In this document: one piece after another, positions 1-11,134 of the stretch
How positions within the stretch are numbered: the first letter of the stretch is position 1
Layout of the letters: every line of letters starts with the position of its first letter
Assembly: GCA_051942165.1 (NCBI GenBank)
Contig: JAVECS010000017.1
Coordinates: forward strand, 1-44,839
Direction: 5' to 3'
DNA length: 44,839 bases
DNA from: Circinaria calcarea
Taxonomy: Eukaryota
Translations under genes and position numbers: made by a program
The notes under the pieces: model-generated
Database searches by the model: none
The model's input: the letters and a program-made list of their open reading frames with translations, nothing else
Told to the model about the DNA's origin: nothing

Positions 1-316
1 CGCCGATCCCCATGAGTTCTTCGCCAACGGCGGATGGGAGTTCCTGGGTAACGGGTCCGACGACGAAGACCAATCCGAAGAGGAAGAAGAATCCGCGTTC
101 GAGATGAGCGATAGCGAATTGGCAGTTTCAGACGAGAGTTCCGAGGACGAATCCGATTTCGACGATGATGCCAGCGCGGATGCGAGTGCGGATGCGAGCG
201 GAGACGACGATAGCGCGGGTGAGGACTGGGATGAGTTGGAGAAGAAGGCGAAAAAGAAGGACAGGGAGGGTGGATTGGATGATGAGGAAGGGTCCGGGAA
301 GAAGAGAAAGCGGTAG
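1..316 (+). CDS. SPT16: FACT complex subunit Spt16, C-terminal end (5' partial)
   Basis: Frame 2 is open from the window start: ADPHEFFANGGWEFLG, then a long acidic tail and GEDWDELEKKAKKKD...KKRKR*, the characteristic Spt16 C-terminus. Confidence 0.92.
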   Translation, partial: ADPHEFFANGGWEFLGNGSDDEDQSEEEEESAFEMSDSELAVSDESSEDESDFDDDASADASADASGDDDSAGEDWDELEKKAKKKDREGGLDDEEGSGKKRKR

Positions 317-1639
317 CTTTTGAGCTACTGTTGGCTTTTACTCTTGCTGGCACCTCGATCTCCCTGTTACATGGGGATAATTTGAATAGGGAGGATTGAG
401 GAACAAAGTTTGGAAGCGGGGATGTAGGAAAATGAACGGATATGATATTTTCGGCGGCTTTTACCCACATTTAGCCCAGTGGCATAAGCTATGAGGTAGG
501 ATAACTGTCTAGGAATTCTAGAGAAGGGAATGGATAGCCTGCCAGCAATCAAGTCCAGTCCAGTTCATTGAGATGGGCACATTTGTAAGCTCGGTTCAGA
601 GATGAGGTTGTGCAGCCAAAGGACATTGAATAACTGGCTACATGTGCGGTTTGCCGAGATCTGTAAGGTTCAAAATGTGATTTCCCTAGGTTCATTAACC
701 CGGGATCTTACCTCTGCCCTAGGTTTGCCCTTACCCTAAGTCCAACTTATCAACCTATAGTTGGATTTCGGGATTATAGTAATGGTGATGGGAATGTAAA
801 ACTCAGGGTCAGGGGCTCACGGTTACGATGAAAGATATCTTTAGCTGTTCCGCATGTGTCGGTGCATACTTTATTTACTAGCTAAGGCATTTAGTTATCA
901 GTGGTTAATGCGCCTAGGTTGGGTCACCCAGTTTAAAAGGAGTTCTGCTCTGTAGGCGTTTAGGAAACTTTCAATTTGGTGCAACCAGGCTGTAGGAGGT
1001 AAGTACCTAGGGTTTTAGAGTAAGTGGGGAGATGGTTGAGGATATTGGTTTTATTTCGGCGATGGGGTTGGGACTTGAGACCGGGAGTTTGGTTTGTAAA
1101 ATGGGCACCGAGTGTGAATGACTTGCTTTCACATTGGGAATGTGAGGTCCAAGTGCAAGTGACCACACTTCTATACTTCTATGCTCGGGGATTATAAATG
1201 CTAGGCGCACGGCCTGTACCAGTGTCTATCACACCCACTCGGTGCGACGGGAGCGGAAATAGCTGGTTTGGGGTTCCCACCCCTCGTGTTCCATTCCTCA
1301 ACAGCTGATGAAGTCCTCGTGGAGTTAAGTATTGGGGAATAATTGAAGTAAATGGGTAGTTAATGCACGCTCCAGCCCCTGAATCCCTTTCTCCGGGAAA
1401 TGAATGGGTGTTGGCTTTGATTCCTGGCTATTGCTACGCTCTTCTCGGGCTTCCACCATCTCTTAGGCAGGTGCCTTGTAATTGGTCGTATGCGTGCTTT
1501 CTAACGGTGGAAAGTTTGGCAGAGTTTAAAGCCCGTGTCTCCATGTCCAGTGGCAACGGATGGGAGGATACGTCCAAGTGATCCCGGTTGGGTGATATCT
1601 TCTACAGTGAGTGAGTTGGATTTGAGTCGATGCTTCCAG

Positions 1640-2020
1640 CATCGACTTGTGATTGGTGAGCCTACAAATTTCGACATGCGTAGCGTAGATGCCCGATATT
1701 TTGGTTTCGTGAAGAAAAGGAGCAACGGAGCCTTACTTCACCACATACCATAAGCAATCCTAATAGCATCTAAAGTCCCTCCCACAAGAATAGATAGCAA
1801 ATGTTTCACCAGGTAGTAGAGTGATTTGAAATATCCATAGAGTATTTTGGAATTGCTCTTCCTCGCAGGCAGGAGACCTTTCACCCGTTTCACGCCACTG
1901 TGGGCTGGCCCTCCTTCACATAACAGTGGTCCACGTGGTGGACGCCAAGGTTGGAGGTATCTAAGAAGAGTATGCCATAAGCCGAGATAAGAATCTGATA
2001 CAGGTCTTTCAGCCTGCTGC
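1640..2020 (-). pseudogene. Degenerate SesB/LipA-like alpha/beta-hydrolase fragment (type found N-terminal to fungal NB-ARC/NACHT proteins)
   Basis: Three collinear motifs on the minus strand: ILISAYGILFLDTSNLG (family pattern STYGILFLGTPHxG); LVKHFAIYFLWE, recoverable only with frameshifts; and YVVK*GSVAPFLHETKISGIYATHVEICRL (pattern VxxxSAAPxLxxxERSGIxAxHxxMCKF). In-frame TAA at 1733-1735. Confidence 0.6.
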
Positions 2021-2354
2021 GCCTTCGTCTAAGCCATGTACTGTACGAATTTATGGTCCACCATTGTCGAGATGCACCCACGCATTGTGCTGAGGCTGTC
2101 CCCTCTGTCCCGCGTGCGGCGGCTGTCTCTTGGCACCCAAGATAACCACAGTCCTACCTTCCCTTCTTTCTTCTTGATGGCAGTGACACCATCCCATGAC
2201 GACTCGGGCTTCGTCGAATGTTCGATCTGCCGCCGATCAGTTGAAAGCCGGCTTCTATTCCCATAATATGATAATCCAGACAAGGTCGCTCGGCCTGGTG
2301 ACGACTACAGCAGTCAATGGTAAGCTGCGGTACTCTCAAAGGGACCCCTACCGC

Positions 2355-2376
2355 TAATCCCTAATCCCTAAATCCC
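2355..2376 (+). repeat. Short telomere-like CCCTAAT tandem (about 3 imperfect units)
   Basis: ctaatccctaatccctaaatccc read directly from the sequence. Confidence 0.5.
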
Positions 2377-3253
2377 CCGGGATTAAACGTAAGCTTTGGC
2401 GCGTGGAGATCTCTGTGATTACTCCGTAGTGGATTAGGCAGCGCTAAACCCCTGCGAGCAGAAGGCTAAATTGCCACGCGAGGCTTCCGCCCGTCCGCCT
2501 CACCACTCCATAGTACTTTGGTCGCAGGGGTATTTATTGCTAGCGCCACGCTAAAAACACTAATTTTCTTATTAATTGACCGATTTTACTGGTGGACAGC
2601 AAGGCTCTAGCTGTATTAGGCACTGATTTACTAATGCCACGCTAGCAATTAATACCCTTCCGACCATAGTACGGAGTAGTTTCAGGGACTGGTTCCCCCA
2701 CTCTAGTGCATCCCCATCTTCAACCTCACGAACTTTATCTACTTGGGATTCGAACCGCCATCGGTTGACGGAAGGCGGCGCTCGCTTTCGAAGTACAGGC
2801 ATAGCCATGAATGGAGATGAATGGGGAACAGTCGACGTCTTTGGGACCATGTTCAATCCAGCCACCAAAGGTAGAGTACCGAGTAGCCAGTATTTGGATG
2901 CAATCCCCTCGACCCCTTAACGACCGCTAAAGACGGGACGAAGCACGCGCTCAAGGATGATGATAGCGGAGTCTGCCATTCGACGATAAACATAGATCAA
3001 ACCGGAGGCTTATCTTATTTGGGCACGCTAGAAACGCCATGAGCTTGCCAGGTCCGCACGTCCGGTAAGGGCGCGCGGCTGGGGGACGATCCCTTTTGCT
3101 TCATTCGGGGGCCATGGCTCTTCCTCCGCCTCTTTGGCCCTCACACGGTCTCGTTCATGTTGGAGGTCTGGGAAGAGCGAGGAGCTCAGCCTCGGATTTG
3201 CTCTTTATCATTGCCAGTCATGCCTTGTTAAGCAGTTTTGTATTCTCATCAAC

Positions 3254-4238
3254 ATACGTTTTCCATTTTGTACCGTAGCATCGGTCCTTCTTGCTTTGAT
3301 CGAAAGCTCCATGGCCGACGACGACGACAACGCTACTTGGATTAATCCGCCGGCATTTGGTGCCTCAGGGGAAACCGTCTCCTGGCCGATTGGCTCATCC
3401 CAAACACTCAAGTGGTCCGCAGATTATGATGTGCAGTCCATCCTTCTCTGGCCGGATCCGCAACAAGGGACCGAATATCAACGAATTTTAGGTGAGCGGC
3501 ACCAAAACCTCCAAGCTCTACACGCAAGCTCCTCCCTCCACTAGCTGGACACGAACATGGTCCGCTAAACCATATTTTTGGAGGTTGTACTAAAGTGATA
3601 ATCCTATAGATGGAGCGTCAGATGAGGACGAGTACACCTGGACCGTATCAACGAGGTTCGCCTTGTCAAATTCCTTCTTCTTTGGACTTTACAACGATAC
3701 GCCCACTACGAGCTCGGGCCAGGGGGCGAGTTTCAAAAGTAAAAACTTCAACATCGTGTCGGCCGTCAGCTCTTCTAGTACCAGCACCACTTCTACCCGG
3801 TCATCCACGTCTACGCGCACCAGCACATCCTCCACAACTACACGCACCAGAACATCCTCCACAACTACATCATCTGGGTTCCCGGTCTCCTCGGTCACCA
3901 CCACTCCGTCATCAACATCTACCGAGAATCCAACCGACACTCCGTCATCAACATTTACTGAGAGTCCAACCGACACTCCGACATCAGTTGGTGTGGCCAG
4001 TCCGACCTCCACCGGTCTTGCCCGCTCTACGGTCGTGGGTCTCGGTGTGGGTATAGGGATTGGTATCCCGCTGATACTTGTCCTCGCAATCCTAGTAGGC
4101 TTTCGGCTTAGAAAAAGCAAGCGAACTAAGAAGCGAATTGAGCCTAATGGCTACGGAATCGATTATTCGGACCAGGTAGAGGTGCCCAAGCTCCCTGGAG
4201 TAGATTACAGTGGTGGTATGAGGTACGGCTCAAAGTGA
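3254..4238 (+). CDS. Ser/Thr-rich type I single-pass membrane protein (Mid2/Wsc-like architecture); apparent start codon is ATA
   Basis: Exons 3254-3491 and 3610-4238, with a GT-AG intron 3492-3609 that joins the frames. Signal-peptide-like xRFPFCTVASVLLALIESSMA, a globular part (WINPP...LKW...YTWTV), an S/T stalk, TM VVGLGVGIGIGIPLILVLAILVGF, then basic RLRKSKRTKKR. First in-frame ATG is at 3311. Confidence 0.75.
3902..3980 (+). repeat. 36-bp coding tandem repeat (about 2.2 copies)
   Basis: TPSSTSTENPTD / TPSSTFTESPTD / TPTS, with near-identical DNA units. Confidence 0.8.
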
Positions 4239-5773
4239 ACGACAGCGAGCGATGTTCAGCGGACAGATATTGTCAAATACGTCAGCGTCCTGACGGCTCG
4301 GAAAAGGAGCGTTGCAGGAACGTCAAAGCCTGTTACATACAAAATTTGACCGTGCTGACCATCTGGACTATTCGTCGGAGGCGATGGAACATTGGTTTCG
4401 CCAAGGGGCCTCCCCCAGTCGAGGTCGGATATAGCAAGGCGCTGTGGGCTATGGGCTTATCGAAATTAAACAATGGGAATTTTTATCTTGGGATGTCTAT
4501 CTCATTCTTAATGCAAATATCTGAAACTAGTGACATTACAATATGTATTATCCTGAAACAAATTCCTCCAGAATTCATGTAACATCAACGGAGCACCACA
4601 TTCGCGTTTCTCCTTCGTTTCTTGATGCCAACATCCAAAGATATTATCATCGAAAAAGCACCATCACCCCGAAACAGTCCCTCTCCCACCATCCCATCAA
4701 AGCCTAACCACTCTATCCCAGAAAAAGAAGTCTCATCAAACCCGTCAGGCAAGCACAATCTGAGTGCAGAAAGCCTCTGTTTCGTGTTATAGCCTCGACA
4801 GATGACCTTATAGTTACGATTTCCATCCTTAATGGAAAAGAGTCAAGGTTCTTGAACTTTACAGTACCATCATCATCATTGCGGAATCAGCTCCTGCAGT
4901 CAACAGCCTGACATACCCAGTCAAAGCAAGGCCCATATCCCCCCCTTCAAATATCACGTACTCAAGTCCCGCTGATTCTCAACACCCACTCCACCACCTA
5001 CGTTCAAACCTCCTTGGCCAATCGACCGAGATAATAAACCCTTATACGGACCAGAACCTCCTCCCGTGGAGCCCGAATGCATTCAGCTGTTTGAATTTGC
5101 AACATACAGTACCTTTTTTACCTCTACAAGTGGCCCTTTTTTTTTCTCTCTCCACGATATTTCAACTATTCTCGATGTACGTGGTCTGCTTTGCATCTTG
5201 ATTTCGAGCTAGAGCAGGAGGGGTTTAGGAGCAGCCTATAATCGGTGGTTTGGGCTTGTCTCTCTCTGGTGAAGTTGAGAAAGACGTAGGATCTATGCTT
5301 TTTTCCCCCTTTCTACGCGGCTTTTCGGCCGGATGCTCATTTCGTAACGGGATTTATTTAAAACTGACGTGAGTTGCACTGTTGTACTTCACTAGACTAG
5401 GGCTATATTTATGAAGTTTACGAAATCAGAAAGCCCTCTAACAGAACTCTCAAATGCCAGGGCTGGATGCTGATGCATTTTGCTTCCCAATGGTGATGTG
5501 TCAAAAACCCTTCCATATCCCATAAACGCAATCTTGGTATCCCCCGTATTTCCCCAGTAACCCGAAACTCCAACTCTTCCCATGCCAATGTACCCCATTT
5601 CCAACCTTTCATCTGCGTGTATGCCAATTTAAAAATGCGCGGATGAGAGGTCTGCCAATCTATACAAAATTTAGTTTCCCTCCCCCTCCCTCTTCCCCTC
5701 TCCAATTCTAACCCGATCCAAACTCGATCCAAACTCGATCGACGCTCATCCGATTGGGGATGGGGGGAATGGA

Positions 5774-6945
5774 TTAGTTCCCCTTTCGCAGCGTCTGATA
5801 CATGTTCTGCATCCTCGCCATCTGCCCCGCCGTGAAGTTTGTATAACTATTACACCCCCCAAGAGATACACCAATTAGCCTCCCTCTCCTTCTTCAACTC
5901 CAAAATGAAAGACGGGAAAGAAAAAAAAAAAAGGGGGGGGAAAGGAGGGGAATTACCACTTATCACTACTATAGTCCATATAATTCCACACCATATCCCC
6001 GCCCGTCCTCGGCGCGCCCTCCCCGCCGGGACAGGAATCCTTGCTGACGGGACAGCCGTCCGTACTCTCGCTCTCCACGTTCGTATCCGCCACCATGTCG
6101 CCGCCGAGCCCGCCGTCGTCGTTGCAGCTGTTGCCCTGAAAGGTGTGCAGCAGGCCGAACCAATGGCCCACCTCGTGCACCGCCGTACGGCCGAGGTTGT
6201 AGCCGACGACTGGCCCGCCGGGCATGCTACCCGCGAGCACATTGCAGCCGTCGCCGACGTAGGCCGAAGGGGGGAACGCCTTGCGCGCGCAGGTCGGGCA
6301 CGGCAGGTAGGTGATGTTGGTGGGCAGGGTGCAGTAGCCGAGCAGCTGGCTGCCGCCCCCGGGGGTGTTGGGTGCGGTCGAGAGGTTCGACTGGAAGTAG
6401 ATGTTGAGGGCGGAATAGTTGCCGCGGCGCAGCACCTGCTTCATGGTGGCGTCGTCGGCGTCGGTGGCCCAGGAGTCGTTTGTGGTGAAGGAGGTGTTGA
6501 CGAGGCGGAAGCTGATGCCGCTGGGGGCGTAGGCCTGCTGCAGCGAGCCGAACTGGTTGGCGACCATGGCCGGCGTGACGAGGCGGGTTTGGTCCGCCGT
6601 CGTGACGACGTGAAAGTACGTGTTGACGATTTGCGGGGAGACCGGGACGGCGGCGAGCTGGACGCGACGGCGCAGCAAGGGCGAGAGGGAGGCCATGTAG
6701 TGCGGGTTCGACGGCGAGGTGGCGTAGCTGAGGGCGTGGCGGATGTGGGCGGCGACAAGGGAGTCGGAAGGGGGACCCGTTCCGCATGCACGAGAGGGCA
6801 CGTGCGTGGAGGAATTCAGAGGGGCGGAAGGGTTTCGGTGGGGTGAGGGAAGATCAGAGGATGCATGGGGCAAGTGCAGCGTCCCGACGGGGGAGGCGAA
6901 AGTACCGAGGAACAGGAGGGAAAGGGGTAGGAACGTGAGGAGCAT
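5774..6945 (-). CDS. Secreted zinc metalloprotease, M43B (ulilysin/pappalysin-like, MEP1 type)
   Basis: Signal peptide MLLTFLPLSLLFLGTFASP, pro-region RACGT (Cys switch), HEVGHWFGLLH zinc motif and Met-turn NYMDYS. Intron 5847-5956; last exon CYTNFTAGQMARMQNMYQTLRKGN*. Confidence 0.93.
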
Positions 6946-7531
6946 GACGGTCGAGAGAGTGGCTGGGAGCCAGTAGTGACTATGAGAATTGATAATGACC
7001 GCTTTCGTGCCCGGGCAAGGATGGAACCAAATATGTGCAAGACAATGCAAAGGATATATGTTCCGAAAGGTAAAGGTAGAAACGGTTGATCAGATTCGAC
7101 CCTGAAGACCCCTTGCCAAGACTTGAGAAATACCTCGGAATCGAGATGGCAGGCACAACCACTCCGAGGACGGAACTATATAGTCCTTCCGTGCTCGCAA
7201 GTTCACGGTACAAGCAAAAATAACCACGGGGGGCCGCGGCCGTGTCGGTGGCGTCGCCATCGAGTTGTCAGGGTCAGCGGACAAGGGGACTGATAAAGGG
7301 GTAGGAGAGCTGCAAACGGCGAAACTAAAGGAACAGCCGCCACGAAAGCCGCAAAGTCATGAATAACCCGACAAGCCATAAAATCCAACCGTCAGGATAC
7401 GTTTGACTTTCTATGGACTTCCTTTCAGAACCAAGAACCTCAAAGACGACACAGGCTATCGCTCATCACCACCTAAAGCTCCAGACTCCCGACGCCAGAC
7501 CACACAGTTACCGTTAAACCCCCAGTGTTAA

Positions 7532-9108
7532 TCATGCCGTATCGTTACCAGGCCTCGAAATGCCGGTTGCGGTCGCAGTACTCGGTTGGTCATTGTTCCA
7601 AGTCAAGTACGTGTGATCGCCAAGTTTCCTACAAAGAAGTGTCAGTGAAGAAACACAAAAGGTTACGCCCAAACCAAATTACCTAGGCTTGATGAGATGG
7701 GTGACTGTAAACAAACCCCCAAGCACGATGCAGATTCCGCCAACGATTACATAAGCGATCCCAAGGAAGGGATTTCTACCACCCATAACGGTCCGGGTGG
7801 AGATGACGATCGATTTGGTTCCTCCGTACTCTGTAACTGGGAAATCTGCAGGGTCTCAGCACTGGCAAGGGAAGGATAGAAAACTGCCTTACTGAATGTA
7901 ATGTCCACCTGGTATGTCCCGCTCTGCATCGTCTGATTGTCGTTCCTTCTTGCTAATTTAGTGAATGCCGGCAACCCGGCAGTCCTCATCCAAACTTGAA
8001 AGGCCTCGTCCTCGGCTAGATCTGGAGGTGGATTCTCTGCTGTATATCCTTCAGGTCCCCACCTCTCAACCCAGTTCGGAGGCACAGCGATCTGAGAGTA
8101 GTTGTACTCTGTACGACCGTACAGTTCCCTATCGCTAGACCAAGCAATGCTCCGATTACTCATGTAATATATCTCGTTAAGGCTACTGGCGTTGGGAACG
8201 TTCAACAGAAGTGGAGATGTGAATGTATCGTTGAAGACGGAATTGGCAATAAGACCGCAAGGGTAGTAAGGTCTGCCATCTGGAGCCAGCCGGAGAGGAT
8301 CGCAGCTTCCACCTCTGATCGTATCCACTGGGACCGCTCGACCTAGCAGTTGATCGGTGTCAAGTGACTTGACATATCGGCGATGATTTTGGTAGAAGTT
8401 CGTGAGGCGGTAGTAGAAGAGCACGGGCGGTTGGAGATCATTGGGTATATTGAATTGTATGGAACATAGTGGTCTAGTCCTATTGACTCCAGGTTGGTAG
8501 ACTACATTGGTGGTATTGCGCTTCCATTGAGGTGCAATGGTTCTGGCGCCTTTGGCTTTGAAGAAGGAGTAATACTTGTCGCTCGGAATATCCCGGAAAT
8601 CACTGATATCGTTTCCCACCGGCGCTGTCGTGTTACAGTCCGAGTAGTCGATGACAAGCTCTTGCACCTGATTTACCATTAGCCTCTTGTATACCTCGCG
8701 ACGCAAGCTCCTTCGTCCGCTCGTCCAACTGTAGGAGGGGCTCACTTGGGCGCTAGCATATAATAGTAAACCGCCTATGGGGGCGAAGATGATGCCGATG
8801 ACGAAGAAGAGGGGAATAACGGTTTTCGGGGTGAGGATGGGCCTTTCCAGTTCATATTAGCAAGGTCAGAATCCTTGATTTGGAGGCGGACTTGCTGCCA
8901 GGCTTTCAGTCGTTGTTGTCGGAATGCGGTATCTGCAGTGTGGAAGTGTCGGCGTCAGCATCTATCGTCCCCTCGAGTGTTTCCGTTCATCCAGGTACAC
9001 CTGCCCGGACTTACTCGCAGGTCTCCTGCTCTTGGCCTTCTTTTCGGGCTCATGGCCCGGTTCCTGGCCATCCATGGAATCCGTATGTACAGCTTCAGTC
9101 TGGGACAT
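7532..9108 (-). CDS. CDC50: CDC50/LEM3 family phospholipid flippase beta subunit
   Basis: NTAFRQQRLKAWQPILTPKT, YRLTNFYQNHRRYVKS, YYPCGLIANSVFNDTF, VWMRTAGLP, GGRNPFLGIAY and RKLGDHTYLTWN. Introns 8933-9014, 8843-8895 (GC-AG), 8668-8745, 7846-7892 and 7629-7682. Confidence 0.95.
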
Positions 9109-9973
9109 GATGAATGAACAGACCGCATAGAACGAAGTCGTTGATTATCGTCGAGGGAGTGCGTAATCGGTTGTTCATGTGGTGATTAGCTGGAAGTAGA
9201 TGGAGGAGACGTTGCGACTGATGGCGCGCGCTATCACCGTCAGAGTCAGAGACAGGCGAGGCTGATGCACCGCCGAGATGCCACCGTCCCGCCGGTCATC
9301 AGTCATCCGGCATCCGGCATCCGGCATGACTAAGTCCGGGCCCAAGATTTGGAAGTGGGAGCAGGTTTCCCTTACTTTACCCTGCCTCAGACATGAGCTA
9401 TCCGTTTCACTTCCTCCAGCTCTGATGATGAAAAACCACACATCGTCAAATAAGCAGCAGATGTGGTACCAAGTTTGTCATTGCTACCTAGAAGTTGATC
9501 CCGAAAGATCACACAATTTGTATCTAACTACTCCCTACAGCTCGGAGCATCAATATCTTCCTACCATCTACATCAAGAGCCCTGAGCTCGCACCCTCGCG
9601 AGATGCAAAGTGGAGATGGTATCTACCGATCATACTTCTTCCCAATCTGTCCATGCACAACCTGCAAATACCCCGAGGCTTGATCCGTCCAAGCCGCCAT
9701 GCCAACCTGAATATGCATTGAGAGGCGTCGTAATCCGAACGGAGCAGCTCAAAGTGAAGGACGCCACCACGCCGGCCCGAAGACCATGCAAGCTGACCCC
9801 TAGAATACATGCCGTACCAGCCAGCTGGCAAATCGTAAAACCCCGAGACCAACATCAACCGTACGGTATATGGTGAGAAATCCGAAACCGCGTTAAGTAA
9901 ATCGTCGTATCGAAGATGTCAGTGGTATCATCACATCGTAGAAGGTCGAGCACCGTGCCGCCGTAGCACTTCG

Positions 9974-11134
9974 CTAAAGATACTGCTCGAAGAGGGCTTT
10001 ATTGAACCAGCCCACCTTGTCGTATGCCATCCATAACTTGCTAGCCTTGTTGACATCGATCTTGCAAGCCTGTTGTGCATCCGTCTTCCTAAACTCTCTG
10101 CCGATCCTGAATGCCTTGACACGACCTTCGAAAATGCGTCGCTTACTGCAAAGGTAGGTGGCGCAGCTTAGGCGAAGGGTGCTGGCAAGGTTGATTTCCG
10201 CTTCATGCAACATATGTCGATCCGGATCGTTGGAAAGATTCAGAGGGTTGTTGCTAGCCCAGTCGGTTTTGAGAACTTTTGGGTTGCCTGCGGGTAGCGT
10301 AGAGAGCGGGGGACAAAAGTCGGGCAAGACGCTGTAGTCGACATCTTCTGGGCGCTTTTGGCCCGTAACCCGCACCTCTGGAGTAGCTGATCGGCCAAGA
10401 TCTGAAAGTTCTAGCAGTTGGTCCTTGGGAGAAGTTTTTGGGGTTCGCTTGACACGGGTAAAGGGAGGCTTTGGTGGTCGGACTGCTGTTGTAGGCCTCC
10501 TCTGTTGTTTTGGCACGACCGTTGGGGCGATCTTGATGCTTGGTGTGGACGTCACCCCCGGTCGGGCGCATATACGCTTTGCCTGTGAATAGTACGTATC
10601 CGACTCGTCTCGGACTCTCTTCAAGTAGGCTCCAGGATTTTGGTTATATGCCCGACTAACGTTCGAAACAAAGGACAAGGCTAACAAATACTCGTCCCGG
10701 GTGGGTTTGTTGACCTTCTTCCCAAACTGATTCATATGGCAGGCCATGTGCTTGTTGACAAGCTCTTCGGCGTAGATGCGTTCTGGTGATGATGGAAAGA
10801 GAGGTGCGACTTCGTCGTGGTGATGATCTGGATACAAGACAGGATCTCGTATTAAGCCGGGGTTCACCGCCTCCCTCTCGAGTTTGTTCGATGTTCCGTC
10901 AATGTTATCCATATTCTTTGTCCATGGCGACACTGGTGGCGATGGAAGGATTCTGATGTGTTGATTTTCAGGCGTCAAACTGTTCTTCGCGAGAGGCATA
11001 TCGTGGTGTGAGTCATCAGAGTTCTGATGAGATGTCACTGGGGATCGCTGAGGCTTGACGGGATTGCTGAAGCTATCGAGCGGTTTGGGTTCTGGCGGAG
11101 ACATCAGACTTGAAATCGACGGCATTCGTGACAT
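9974..11134 (-). CDS. SWIRM-domain protein (Fun19/YOR338W-like)
   Basis: C-terminal SWIRM: LHEAEINLASTLRLSCATYLCSKRRIF...FRKTDAQQACKIDVNKASKLWMAYDKVGWF. First ATG is at 11134 (the track ORF starts at TTG). Confidence 0.9.
   Translation of the reverse strand: MSRMPSISSLMSPPEPKPLDSFSNPVKPQRSPVTSHQNSDDSHHDMPLAKNSLTPENQHIRILPSPPVSPWTKNMDNIDGTSNKLEREAVNPGLIRDPVLYPDHHHDEVAPLFPSSPERIYAEELVNKHMACHMNQFGKKVNKPTRDEYLLALSFVSNVSRAYNQNPGAYLKRVRDESDTYYSQAKRICARPGVTSTPSIKIAPTVVPKQQRRPTTAVRPPKPPFTRVKRTPKTSPKDQLLELSDLGRSATPEVRVTGQKRPEDVDYSVLPDFCPPLSTLPAGNPKVLKTDWASNNPLNLSNDPDRHMLHEAEINLASTLRLSCATYLCSKRRIFEGRVKAFRIGREFRKTDAQQACKIDVNKASKLWMAYDKVGWFNKALFEQYL

Noticed and set aside
3689..4120. Val/Asp-rich minus-strand ORF
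   Set aside because: Antisense of the Ser/Thr stalk codons.
5418..5732. Minus-strand 104-aa ORF as a C-terminal extension of the protease
   Set aside because: The protease last exon stops at TAA 5774-5776 (KGN*), so this ORF is not joined to it.
5839..6846. 335-aa plus-strand ORF
   Set aside because: Antisense shadow of the GC-rich M43 protease; no ATG start and no recognisable motifs.
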